From assembly GCA_900540495.1 (NCBI GenBank), contig UQGA01000007.1, positions 1,662 to 65,661 on the forward strand: a stretch of DNA of 64,000 nt. The letters are read 5' to 3'. A program made the translations under genes and the position numbers. Source of the DNA: an uncultured Eubacteriales bacterium (GTDB lineage Bacteria > Bacillota > Clostridia > Christensenellales > CAG-138). The first letter of the stretch is position 1. Every line of letters begins with the position of its first letter. Below are positions 44,658 to 55,206 of the stretch, in pieces. The notes beneath the pieces are model-generated. The model worked only from the letters and a program-made list of their open reading frames with translations. It was not told where the DNA came from and ran no database searches.

Positions 44658-45359
44658 ATGGCTTATATTGAAATGCACGATGTGAAGAAGCAGTATCACA
44701 TGGGCGAGGTTGTGATCAATGCGCTCAGCGGCGTAAGCTTTGAGGTGGAAAAGGGCGAGCTGTGCGTGGTTGTGGGGCCGTCCGGCGCAGGCAAGACGAC
44801 GCTTTTGAACATTCTCGGTGGCATGGATACGGCGACGTCCGGCGAAGTAATCGTGGACGGCGTGCATGTGGAGAACTATGGAAAGCGCGAGTTGACGCTC
44901 TATCGCCGCAGCGTGGTGGGCTTTGTGTTTCAGTTTTACAACCTTGTACAGAATCTGACCGCACTGGAAAACGTGGAGCTTGCGGCGCAGATCTGCAAGG
45001 AGCCGCTGCCGGCCGAGCAGGTGCTCAGGGAGGTTGGGCTTTCGGAACGGATGCAGAACTTTCCGGCGCAGCTCTCCGGCGGCGAGCAGCAGCGCGTGTC
45101 CATCGCGCGCGCGCTGGCCAAGAACCCGAAGCTCATGCTGTGCGATGAGCCGACCGGCGCGCTGGACTACCAGACCGGCAAACAGGTGCTTACGCTCCTG
45201 CAGGATACCTGCCGCAAACAGGGGATGACCGTCATCATCATTACGCACAACGCCGCGCTCATGCCGATGGCGGATCGCGTGATCCGGGTGAAGAACGGCA
45301 CGATCGCCAAACAGTATCTGAACGAAAAACCGGTATCGATCAGCGAGATCGAATGGTAA
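44658..45359 (+). CDS. ABC transporter ATP-binding protein (MacB/LolD/FtsE-like)
   Basis: Walker [10 protein letters not shown], signature LSGGEQQRV, Walker B LMLCDEPT. Confidence 0.9.
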   Translation: MAYIEMHDVKKQYHMGEVVINALSGVSFEVEKGELCVVVGPSGAGKTTLLNILGGMDTATSGEVIVDGVHVENYGKRELTLYRRSVVGFVFQFYNLVQNLTALENVELAAQICKEPLPAEQVLREVGLSERMQNFPAQLSGGEQQRVSIARALAKNPKLMLCDEPTGALDYQTGKQVLTLLQDTCRKQGMTVIIITHNAALMPMADRVIRVKNGTIAKQYLNEKPVSISEIEW

Positions 45360-45380
45360 GGGCAGGAGCGTAACAGAGGG

Positions 45381-47891
45381 ATGAAAACGCGGTATCTGTG
45401 GCGCAACCTGCGCCGGGAAATCCAACATACGCTGATGCGCGCGCTGTCCATTTTCAGCATTTCCGCCATCGGCGTGGCTTTTTTTACCGGTATTCGGGCC
45501 TCCGGACCGGACATGAAGCTGACGGCGGACGCCTATCTGGACAAATCCCGTCTTGCGGATATTACGGCCATGTCCACCGCCGGGCTCAGCGAGGATGACG
45601 TCCATGCGCTGGAGGAGATTCCGGGTGTAGAGGCTGTGGAGCCGGTGCTGACGGTAGATGCGATGATGCAGCATACCGGCGGCGACGATGCAGAGATCAA
45701 CCTGCACCTCATCTCCATGCCGTTCCCGGAGCTGCTGGAAAATCCGATGACGTTCTCACTGCTCCCCGACTACGGGATCGACAGCGACGGGGAACACCTC
45801 GATAAGCTGGATATCGTATCCGGCCGGCTGCCGCAGGACGACCATGAGATCGTGCTCGACAACCTGCTCGCTGAAAGCGGCTACGCCATCGGGGACAGCG
45901 TGACGCTGACCACGTCCGGCGGCACCACGGAGCTGTATGTCACGGGTTTTGTGGAGTCCGCCCGGTATATTTCGAGTTTTGACCGCGGTACGAGCACCAT
46001 CGGCAGCGGCAAGAGCGATGGCTTCGCCTATGCTTCCGGCAACGCCATCGCCAAGCTGGGCACGCGCATGCCCATGATGGCGATGTTTGCCGCCCGGTAC
46101 ACGCAGGTGGAGATCCGCGTTGCCGGGGCGGAGGAACTCAACTGCTTCACCGACGAATATGAGCACCTCGTTGACGAGGTCGTGCACCGCATCGAGGCGT
46201 ATGGCGATACGACGGAGGCCACCTGGTACGTGCAGACCCGGAGCAATAACCCGGGTTATTCGGATTATTCGGCCAATACCGACCGGATAGCCGCCGTCGC
46301 CACGTTTTTTCCGCTGATTTTCCTGATCGTGGCGGCGCTCGTGGCCTTGACAACGATGACGCGCATGGTGGAGGAGCAGCGCGTGCAGATGGGCACGCTC
46401 AAGGCGCTCGGCTATTCGCAGCGCGCAATCGTCGCCCAGTATCTGATGTATGCCATCGTGGCGAGCCTGCTCGGCAGCGTGCTGGGCAGTCTGCTCGGCT
46501 TCTGGCTGTTCCCGACCGTCATCGGCTCCGCCTACGGCATCATGTACCGCCTGCCGAATTTCCAGACGCCCTACTGGGCGGATATTGCGCTGTTCTCCAT
46601 CACTGCGGTCATGGGCTGCATCACGGCCGCGGCCGCGCTGGCGAGCATTGCAACATTGCGGGAGGTGCCCGCTTCGCTCATGCGGCCCAAATCGCCCAAG
46701 CCCGGCAAGCGCGTCATTTTGGAGCGGGTTCCGTGGCTCTGGAAGCGGCTGAACTTCACCGCCAAGGTTACCGTGCGCAATCTCATCCGTTACAAAAAGC
46801 GGTTCTGGATGAGCGTCGTTGGGATTGCGGGCAGCTGTGCGCTTCTGATCACCGGCTTTGGTGTTTCGGATTCCATCTACGGCATTGCGGAGCTGCAGTT
46901 TGAGGAGATCTGGGGCATGGACGTGCAGGCGTATACCTATGACCCCATGCCGGTGGAGGAGCTTTCCGCTCTCGTGGAGGCGCAGAACGATGGCTCACTG
47001 ACCAATGTCGCCTTTTGCTATGACAAGACCGTTAAGGGCGGCGCGCCGGACGCGGAGGACACCATGGAGATTCACATGTTCGCCGTCCACGATCCGGAAG
47101 CGTTTGCCAGTCTTGTGCGGCTGCAGGACATAGAGGGCAATCCTGTGGAGCTGACGGACGAGGGCGTGGTCATTACCCAGAAGCTGGCCGAAAACCATAA
47201 TCTGTCCGCCGGCGATACGTTGGAGCTGGAAAGCGGCTCTTCCGTATATGAGGTGCCGGTTGCTGCGGTTGTGGAGAACTATGTCGAGCACTACGCCTAT
47301 TTTACACCGGCGCTGTACGAGCGCATAACGGGTGAGACGCTGCAGTATAACGGCGTGCTGGCCAGCGTGGATGGGCTCACCGAGGAGAACGAGGACGAGC
47401 TGGCGAAGCTGTTGCTGAGCGACACGCGCGTGTATACGGTGGTGTTCCTGAGCGATATGTTTGACAGCGTGTGGGACAGCCTGAGCGTGCTCAACTATGT
47501 CGTCGGCATTCTCATCCTGTCCGCTGCCGTGCTGGCGTTTGTCGTCATGCTCAACCTGACGAACATCAATATCACCGAGCGCCGGCGGGAGTTGGCAACA
47601 TTGCAGGTGCTGGGCTTCACCGACCGGGAGATGTACGATTATGTGTTCCGTGAGAACAACTCCCTCGCTGTCATCGGAACGCTGCTGGGGCTTGTGCTGG
47701 GACGGGTGCTGCACCGGTTCGTGATCGTTACCTGCGAGGTGGACATGGTCATGTTTGCACGCGATATCAAACCGCTGAGCTTTGTGTACAGCTTTGCGCT
47801 GACCATCGCGTTTTCGCTCGCGGTCAACCTGCTGATGCGGCGGAAGGTCCGCTCCATCGACATGGTGGAATCGCTCAAGAGCGCCGAATAA
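45381..47891 (+). CDS. ABC transporter permease with two FtsX/MacB-type modules
   Basis: 836 aa. Two halves, each with TM1, a large extracytoplasmic domain and a three-TM FtsX bundle. Confidence 0.85.
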   Translation: MKTRYLWRNLRREIQHTLMRALSIFSISAIGVAFFTGIRASGPDMKLTADAYLDKSRLADITAMSTAGLSEDDVHALEEIPGVEAVEPVLTVDAMMQHTGGDDAEINLHLISMPFPELLENPMTFSLLPDYGIDSDGEHLDKLDIVSGRLPQDDHEIVLDNLLAESGYAIGDSVTLTTSGGTTELYVTGFVESARYISSFDRGTSTIGSGKSDGFAYASGNAIAKLGTRMPMMAMFAARYTQVEIRVAGAEELNCFTDEYEHLVDEVVHRIEAYGDTTEATWYVQTRSNNPGYSDYSANTDRIAAVATFFPLIFLIVAALVALTTMTRMVEEQRVQMGTLKALGYSQRAIVAQYLMYAIVASLLGSVLGSLLGFWLFPTVIGSAYGIMYRLPNFQTPYWADIALFSITAVMGCITAAAALASIATLREVPASLMRPKSPKPGKRVILERVPWLWKRLNFTAKVTVRNLIRYKKRFWMSVVGIAGSCALLITGFGVSDSIYGIAELQFEEIWGMDVQAYTYDPMPVEELSALVEAQNDGSLTNVAFCYDKTVKGGAPDAEDTMEIHMFAVHDPEAFASLVRLQDIEGNPVELTDEGVVITQKLAENHNLSAGDTLELESGSSVYEVPVAAVVENYVEHYAYFTPALYERITGETLQYNGVLASVDGLTEENEDELAKLLLSDTRVYTVVFLSDMFDSVWDSLSVLNYVVGILILSAAVLAFVVMLNLTNINITERRRELATLQVLGFTDREMYDYVFRENNSLAVIGTLLGLVLGRVLHRFVIVTCEVDMVMFARDIKPLSFVYSFALTIAFSLAVNLLMRRKVRSIDMVESLKSAE

Positions 47892-47939
47892 TTCCGGATC
47901 GACCCGGTGAATGCAGATTATGAAATGGAGTGAACGCAA

Positions 47940-48041
47940 ATGAAGAAGAGCGTGCGGGTCATCGGCCTGATACTGGCCATCCTGTTCCTGCTGGGCGGCG
48001 GGGCCGGGCTGATCGCGGCGATCGTGGGAGGCGCGGCATGA
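47940..48041 (+). CDS. 33-aa hydrophobic micropeptide (not in the ORF track)
   Basis: ATG at 47940 preceded by GGAG. Encodes MKKSVRVIGLILAILFLLGGGAGLIAAIVGGAA: a KK N-terminus plus one TM helix, with GC-rich third positions. Its TGA overlaps the next ATG (ATGA at 48038-48041). Confidence 0.5.
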   Translation: MKKSVRVIGLILAILFLLGGGAGLIAAIVGGAA

Positions 48042-49654
48042 GGACCGTTCTGAAACGGGCGGCCTGTCTGCTGCTCTCTCTTTTGTTGCCTCTGACGGTC
48101 GCGCTTGCCGACGATGGGCAGGATGCAGCCGTTGAAAAGCTCGACCGCAGCGAGACGGTTTACGTGACGGCGACCGCATCCGGCGAAGTATCTTCCGTGC
48201 TGTCCAGCGTGTACATCGTGAACCCGGACGGGCGGGCGGAGATTTCCGACACCGCGCGGCTGACGGACGTCCACAACGTGCTGGCCAACGACAATCCGGT
48301 GCAATCGGGCGACACCTATACCTTCCATGCCGACGGCGACGACGTCTGCTATCAGGGCGTTTCGACGGACGAACTTCCGTTTGCCATGCAGGTGACGTAT
48401 GCGCTCGACGGGAAACCGATCGAACCGGAAGCTCTTGCCGGCAAAAGCGGGCGCGTCGATATCACGATCACCTATGAAAACCGTCTGCTCAACGACGTGA
48501 CGTTGGGGGACGAGACGATCACGCTGTATACGCCGCTGAACATCGTGACGATCATCGCGCTCAACGACGGGTTTTCCAACGTGCACTGCACCAACGCCCA
48601 CATTCTCACGGATGCGGGCAGCGTCTCCGTCATCGGCATGACGTTTCCCGGTCTTGCGCACAACCTCGACACCGAGGAAGAAGACGAGTTGAGCCCCAGC
48701 CTGTACTTCACGGCGGATGTGGAGAACTTTGAGCTGGATTCGATCATGGCCGTCATCATGCCCGATCTGTTCGACTCGGACGACCTTGAGCGCATAGACG
48801 AGCTGCGCGACTTTGTGGACGGCGTGGATACGCTTGCCGATGCGGCGGACGAACTCGCCTCGGGCGGCGCCAGCCTCTCCTATGGACTGGGCAAGCTGGC
48901 CGATGCGATGGAGGAGTTTTCCACCGGTCTGGATACCGCCGTGTCGGCCATGGACGATGGGTACGCGAGCGCCGCACAGAGCGTGCAGACCATGCAGCAG
49001 AGCCTGAATACGGCGCTCGACGGCGCAATTGCGGCCATCGACGGCATCCAGCTTTCCGGCGCTTCCACCGCAGCGGAAGCGGTTGTGGCGCAGCTCGCCG
49101 ATCAGGACTTTACGCCGGAGCAGCTGGAGGCGGTAAAGACGGTGGTAGCGGGCGTGTGGACCCAGCAAAATGCGGCGCTGACGGCGCAGCTTGGCGGGCT
49201 CAAGGCCATTCTGCAACAGCTCAAATCCGGCCTGTCCGGCCTTGGCAGCCTGCTTGCGTTTGGCGATGCGATCGACGGCATGCAGTTGCTGGCCGACGCC
49301 GCCGTGGAGATTGCCGACGGGCTTGCCAGCTCGGCCAGCGGCGCGCGCAGCCTGTCGAACGGACTCAAGGAATTCAACGAGGACGGGATGGGCGAGTTGC
49401 AGGAGAACACCGATGGCATTGCCCTTGCGCTCGACCGCAAGGACGCGATGCTGGATTTGGCCGAAGCGTATACCAGCTTTTCCGGCGATTCGAACGCTTC
49501 CTCCGGCTCCGTACGATTCATTGTGACGACGGACAGCATTTATATGCCAAAGGTTTCACCCGCTCCTACGCCCGACCCTGACGCCGAGACGGAGGAGACC
49601 TCCGGTTTCTTCGCGCGGGTCTGGGATTGGATCACCGGCCTGTTCGGCGGTTGA
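48038..49654 (+). CDS. Exported protein with YhgE/Pip-like LxxG heptad-repeat helical region
   Basis: Signal peptide MRTVLKRAACLLLSLLLPLTVALA, a beta-rich N-domain, then repeats such as ELASGGASLSYGLGKLADAMEEFSTGL and IADGLASSASGARSLSNGLKEF. The GTG at 47930 in the track would add an implausible Arg-rich prefix. Confidence 0.65.
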   Translation: MRTVLKRAACLLLSLLLPLTVALADDGQDAAVEKLDRSETVYVTATASGEVSSVLSSVYIVNPDGRAEISDTARLTDVHNVLANDNPVQSGDTYTFHADGDDVCYQGVSTDELPFAMQVTYALDGKPIEPEALAGKSGRVDITITYENRLLNDVTLGDETITLYTPLNIVTIIALNDGFSNVHCTNAHILTDAGSVSVIGMTFPGLAHNLDTEEEDELSPSLYFTADVENFELDSIMAVIMPDLFDSDDLERIDELRDFVDGVDTLADAADELASGGASLSYGLGKLADAMEEFSTGLDTAVSAMDDGYASAAQSVQTMQQSLNTALDGAIAAIDGIQLSGASTAAEAVVAQLADQDFTPEQLEAVKTVVAGVWTQQNAALTAQLGGLKAILQQLKSGLSGLGSLLAFGDAIDGMQLLADAAVEIADGLASSASGARSLSNGLKEFNEDGMGELQENTDGIALALDRKDAMLDLAEAYTSFSGDSNASSGSVRFIVTTDSIYMPKVSPAPTPDPDAETEETSGFFARVWDWITGLFGG

Positions 49655-49827
49655 GCGCCGTACGGGCGGCGGCAGGAAGGCGTAGAAAGCCACGGACGCA
49701 TGGCTTGCCCGTGGATTTGCGCAGCCACGACGGCCGCGGATGCGCGGCCTTGCCGGGCTTCGGCCAAGCGCCGCCGGGAGCGGAGCGCCCCCGGAAGCCT
49801 GCCGCAAGGGGCGGAGATGATTTGTGT

Positions 49828-49865
49828 CGGGCACGGTTGCCGTAACCGTGCCCGGCGTGTTTTTG
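49828..49865 (+). terminator. Strong hairpin with T-run, about 170 nt downstream of the operon
   Basis: cgggcacggtt-gccgt-aaccgtgcccg, then gcgtg, then ttttt. Confidence 0.5.
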
Positions 49866-50209
49866 GGGACGCTCATATCCAGCAGGTTCGGGCGCCCGAT
49901 TGAAGCGATTGCACACCCCAAGCAAAACCGAAAAAACACCCCTCCATACTTGGGTGGACAGCTCGGCCAAGCCATCCGGTCGAGAGCCTGCGGAGGGAAA
50001 ATAGTCGCCGCCGCAACCATATTTGCGGCAGCCGCCGCATCGGGACGCGTTCCCTGTGGGTTGCGGCAGGGCGGGGCAGAACAGGGGCAAAAGCAGGGGC
50101 TCTTCCGGTATGAGCCGCGTTTCCGAGCATTGCAGGCCCCTGGGACCGGATTGGTCGAAAATGCAAAATATGCGGTACCGTTTTTTCACATTTTCTTCGT
50201 ATTTGGCGA

Positions 50210-50238
50210 TTGACTTCATGGGGATCGCTGGGTATAAT
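50210..50238 (+). promoter_or_regulatory. Consensus sigma-A promoter for groESL
   Basis: TTGACT-17 nt-TATAAT. Confidence 0.8.
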
Positions 50239-50242
50239 AGGT

Positions 50243-50269
50243 TTAGCACTCAACAAAAGAGAGTGCTAA
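50243..50269 (+). promoter_or_regulatory. CIRCE operator (HrcA binding site)
   Basis: Perfect TTAGCACTC-N9-GAGTGCTAA immediately downstream of the -10. Confidence 0.95.
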
Positions 50270-50311
50270 CAACATCAAGTTTTATGTATCAAACACAGGA
50301 GGACTTGTTCT

Positions 50312-50596
50312 ATGAAACTCAAACCGTTGGCTGATCGCGTGGTCATCAAGAGCCTCGAAAACGAAGAGGTCGTCAAGGGCGGCATCATCCTGCCCGGCAG
50401 CGCCAAGGAAAAGCCGCAGATGGCGGAGGTCGTCGCGGTCGGACCCGGCGGCGTGGTGGACGGCAAGGAGGTCTCCATGTATGTGAACGTGGGCGACCGG
50501 GTGATCTATTCGAAGTACGCCGGCACGGAGGTCAAGCTGGACGACGTGGAGTATATCGTCGTGCGGCAGAACGATATACTGGCCATTGTGGAATAA
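50312..50596 (+). CDS. groES: Co-chaperonin GroES
   Basis: MKLKPLADRVVIK...GGIILP...; 94 aa. Confidence 0.97.
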   Translation: MKLKPLADRVVIKSLENEEVVKGGIILPGSAKEKPQMAEVVAVGPGGVVDGKEVSMYVNVGDRVIYSKYAGTEVKLDDVEYIVVRQNDILAIVE

Positions 50597-50613
50597 CAGC
50601 AAGGAGGATTTGA

Positions 50614-52245
<1,632 letters not shown>

Positions 52246-52269
52246 GGAACGGACCGTTTTTGCGGGAAT

Positions 52270-52308
52270 GCGCGGGCGCGGCAGGAATGCCGCGCCCGCG
52301 CTTGTTTG
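52270..52308 (+). terminator. Rho-independent terminator after groEL
   Basis: 13-bp stem gcgcgggcgcggc/gccgcgcccgcgc with loop aggaat, followed by ttgtttg. Confidence 0.75.
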
Positions 52309-52359
52309 TCCTGCCGCCCGCGTGGCCGGCGCAAGACGGCCGGCAAACACGCCCCGCCG

Positions 52360-53172
52360 TCATGTCTCCGGCGGCAACAGATCGACTGCGACCAGCTCCG
52401 GCCGGTTCCAAACGCGCGGCAGGATCCTTTGGGAAAGACCGCGGCTGACGACCATGCGCGTGCCGCCGCCAAGGTCGTACAGACCGCCGGCATAGGCCGG
52501 AAAGATCCCCTGGTTTGGCGCATACAACCCGTTGAACAGACCGGGGATGCGCACCTGCCCGCCATGCGCATGCCCGGCGAGCACGAGGTCGAAACCGGCT
52601 GCGCGATAGGCGCTCACCCGCTCCGGCCGGTGTGTGAGAAGGATGGTGAAAGCGCCCGGCGCCGCTGTAGCGCGACCGTGCAGAAGCTGCTCGCGCCAGA
52701 GATCGGTTTTCCCGCGTGGACGGGGAAAGGCGATGGGATCGTCCACGCCGCACAGCGCGAGGCGCTGGCGGCCGCAGCGCACGGTTATCGCATCGCCGTC
52801 AAGCACGGCGACGCCGCATGCTGCAACATCGCGCTTGATGGCCTCCAGCCTGCCGGTATGCACCTCGTGGTTGCCGGTCACATAAAAGCTCGGGTATGCC
52901 GCCCCCAGCCGTTCCAGGAGCGTCCAGGCCGGCGCTTCCGGCAACACGTCGTCCACGAGGTCGCCCGGCAACAGCACCAACTGCGGTGCAAGCGCGGCCA
53001 AAGCCTCCAGCAGCTCCGCCTGGCCGTCGCCATATTGCGCGCCGTGCAGGTCGGCGATGACCGCAAGGCGCACCGGAGCGGCCAGACGGACGTCGCGGAC
53101 GTCATAGCGCACCGTGGCGAGGCGGCAGGAAAGCGGACCGGCCGCGGGTAGGTTCCAGTGCAGATGCTTCAT
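52360..53172 (-). CDS. Calcineurin-like metallophosphoesterase
   Basis: Motifs ADLHG, GDLVDD, GNHE and GHAHGGQ. The ATG at 53172 has no SD but a promoter directly upstream (see findings). Confidence 0.85.
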   Translation of the reverse strand: MKHLHWNLPAAGPLSCRLATVRYDVRDVRLAAPVRLAVIADLHGAQYGDGQAELLEALAALAPQLVLLPGDLVDDVLPEAPAWTLLERLGAAYPSFYVTGNHEVHTGRLEAIKRDVAACGVAVLDGDAITVRCGRQRLALCGVDDPIAFPRPRGKTDLWREQLLHGRATAAPGAFTILLTHRPERVSAYRAAGFDLVLAGHAHGGQVRIPGLFNGLYAPNQGIFPAYAGGLYDLGGGTRMVVSRGLSQRILPRVWNRPELVAVDLLPPET

Positions 53173-53178
53173 AGCGGC

Positions 53179-53208
53179 AGTATAGCATAGATGGAGTCCG
53201 GCTGCCAA
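53179..53208 (-). promoter_or_regulatory. Sigma-A promoter positioned for a leaderless phosphoesterase mRNA
   Basis: Minus strand reads TTGGCA-18 nt-TGcTATACT-6 nt-ATG. Confidence 0.45.
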
Positions 53209-53221
53209 CCCGGCGCTGCGC

Positions 53222-53263
53222 GGGAAAACAACGCCCCGTTCGCGCGAGAGCGAACGGGGCGTT
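53222..53263 (-). terminator. Rho-independent terminator after the ABC exporter operon
   Basis: 14-bp stem aacgccccgttcgc/gcgaacggggcgtt. On the minus strand it is followed by tgtttt. Confidence 0.7.
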
Positions 53264-53318
53264 TGCCGTCCTGAGACCGGCGCCTGCCGGAATGCCGGAG
53301 TGGGCGCGACGGGGCGTT

Positions 53319-55205
53319 TCAGCTGAGCTCGAACATGCCCATATAGAGCTGGTAGTATTTCCCCTTCTGTTCCAGCAGATCGTCGTGGTCGCCGCGCTCG
53401 ATAATCTGTCCGTGCTCAAGCACCATGATCGCGTTGGAATTGCGCACGGTGGAGAGACGGTGGGCGATGACGAACACGGTGCGCCCGGCCATCAAACGGT
53501 CCATGCCCATTTCGATCAGCCGTTCGGTACGCGTGTCGATGGAGCTGGTCGCCTCGTCGAGGATCAGCACCGGCGCATTGGCGACCGCGGCGCGCGCGAT
53601 GGCAAGCAGTTGCCGCTGCCCCTGCGAGAGGTTGGCGCCGTCGCCTGTGAGCACCGTGTCATAGCCCTGCGGCAGATGGGTGATGAAGAAATGCGCGTTG
53701 GCCAGCTTGGCCGCCGCCTCGATCTCTTCGTCCGTGGCGTGCAGGTTGCCGTAACGGATGTTGTCGCGTACGGTGCCGGTAAACAGGTGCGTGTCCTGCA
53801 ACACCATCGACAGGGAGCGGCGCAGGTCGCTCTTGCGAATATCCTTGACGTCGATCCCGTCGTACGTAATGCGGCCATGCTGCACGTCGTAAAAGCGGTT
53901 GATGAGGTTTGTGATGGTCGTCTTGCCAGCGCCGGTCGAGCCGACAAACGCAATCTTCTGCCCCGGTTTTGCATAGAGCGAGACATCGCGCAGGACGTCG
54001 TGCCCCTCCTCATAGGCAAAGGTCACGTGGTCAAAGCGCACGTCGCCGCGCAGCTCGACCAGACGGAACCCGCCGGGCTCACCGGCGTCCGGCACCTTCC
54101 AGGCCCACAGGCCCGTATAGTGGTCGGTTTCAAGGAGCATGCCGTCCTCGCCACGCTGCGCATACACCATTGTGACATTGCCGTCGTCGATCTCCGGCGT
54201 ACCGTCTATCAGCTCAAAAATGCGCTCGGCACCGGCCAGTGCGTTGAGAAGGCTGTTGAACTGCTGTGAAATCTGCGTCAGCGGGTTGGTGAACTGGCGC
54301 GTATACTGCAGGAACGCGGCGATGGTGCCGATGTCCATCATGCCGGAAATGGCGAGACCGGCGCCGGCCGCAGCGGAGACGGCGTACAGCACATAGCTCA
54401 GGTTGCCCATGATGGGCATGAGGATCATTGCAAACGTCATGGCCGCCGTAGAGTCGCGCCGCAGGCCCTCCGCGAGTACGCTGAAGTCGGCCTCCACCTT
54501 TTCCTCATGGCAGAAGACCTTGACCTCGCGCTGCCCCTCGATCATCTCTTCCGCATAGCCGTTGGCGGCGGCGAGCGCGGCCTGGCGGCGGGCAAAGAAG
54601 TGCGACGAGCGCTTGCCGATGAACTTCACGATGACGAGCATCAGCACGAACATTACGAGCACGATCAGCGTCAGCAGCGGGGTGAGGATGAACATCATCG
54701 TCAGCACGCCGATGACGGAGATCGTGGATACGATCAGCTGCGGCAGGCCCTGCCCGAGCATCTCGCGCATGGCGTCGGTGTCGTTGGTGAAGCGGCTCAT
54801 GATCTCGCCGTGCGTGCGCGTGTCAAAGTATTTCAGCGGCAGCGCCTGGAGCCGTTCGAACATCTCGCAGCGCACGGTCTTGAGGATGCCGGTGGCCACG
54901 TTGATCAGCAGCCGGTTGCCCACGAATGTGCCCAGCGCGCCCAGCACATAGATGCCCGCGAGCGCGAGCACCGTGCCCAGCACGGGCAGCATGGAGGAGC
55001 CGCCCTGCTCGAACAGCGCCGCGATCTGGTTGAACAGGGGCTTGAGCAGATAGGTGCCCAGTACGCTCGCGGCGGAGGAGATGATGAGGCTCGGGATGAT
55101 GATGGCGAGCAGGCCGCTGTATTTGCCGAGGTAGCGCATGAGGCGCAGGAAGGTGTGCTTCGCGTTTTTCGGCTTTGCAAATGCGTGACGTTGCGGACCA
55201 GGCAT
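53319..55205 (-). CDS. ABC exporter, fused permease/ATPase (type I exporter, subunit B)
   Basis: Six-TM domain, Walker A GSTGAGKTT, signature LSQGQRQLL, Walker B LILDEATS. The ATG at 55205 lies 1 nt after the upstream stop. Confidence 0.9.
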   Translation of the reverse strand: MPGPQRHAFAKPKNAKHTFLRLMRYLGKYSGLLAIIIPSLIISSAASVLGTYLLKPLFNQIAALFEQGGSSMLPVLGTVLALAGIYVLGALGTFVGNRLLINVATGILKTVRCEMFERLQALPLKYFDTRTHGEIMSRFTNDTDAMREMLGQGLPQLIVSTISVIGVLTMMFILTPLLTLIVLVMFVLMLVIVKFIGKRSSHFFARRQAALAAANGYAEEMIEGQREVKVFCHEEKVEADFSVLAEGLRRDSTAAMTFAMILMPIMGNLSYVLYAVSAAAGAGLAISGMMDIGTIAAFLQYTRQFTNPLTQISQQFNSLLNALAGAERIFELIDGTPEIDDGNVTMVYAQRGEDGMLLETDHYTGLWAWKVPDAGEPGGFRLVELRGDVRFDHVTFAYEEGHDVLRDVSLYAKPGQKIAFVGSTGAGKTTITNLINRFYDVQHGRITYDGIDVKDIRKSDLRRSLSMVLQDTHLFTGTVRDNIRYGNLHATDEEIEAAAKLANAHFFITHLPQGYDTVLTGDGANLSQGQRQLLAIARAAVANAPVLILDEATSSIDTRTERLIEMGMDRLMAGRTVFVIAHRLSTVRNSNAIMVLEHGQIIERGDHDDLLEQKGKYYQLYMGMFELS

Positions 55206-55206
55206 G

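Noticed and set aside
49632-50249. 205-aa minus-strand ORF upstream of groES containing a CGGCRKYGCGG motif, a possible small Cys-rich protein.
   Set aside because: It has no RBS. Its start codon sits inside the groES -35 element. The translation is Arg/Pro/Gly-rich junk that runs through a strong hairpin. No motif is recognisable. The region is reported instead as unassigned non-coding sequence.
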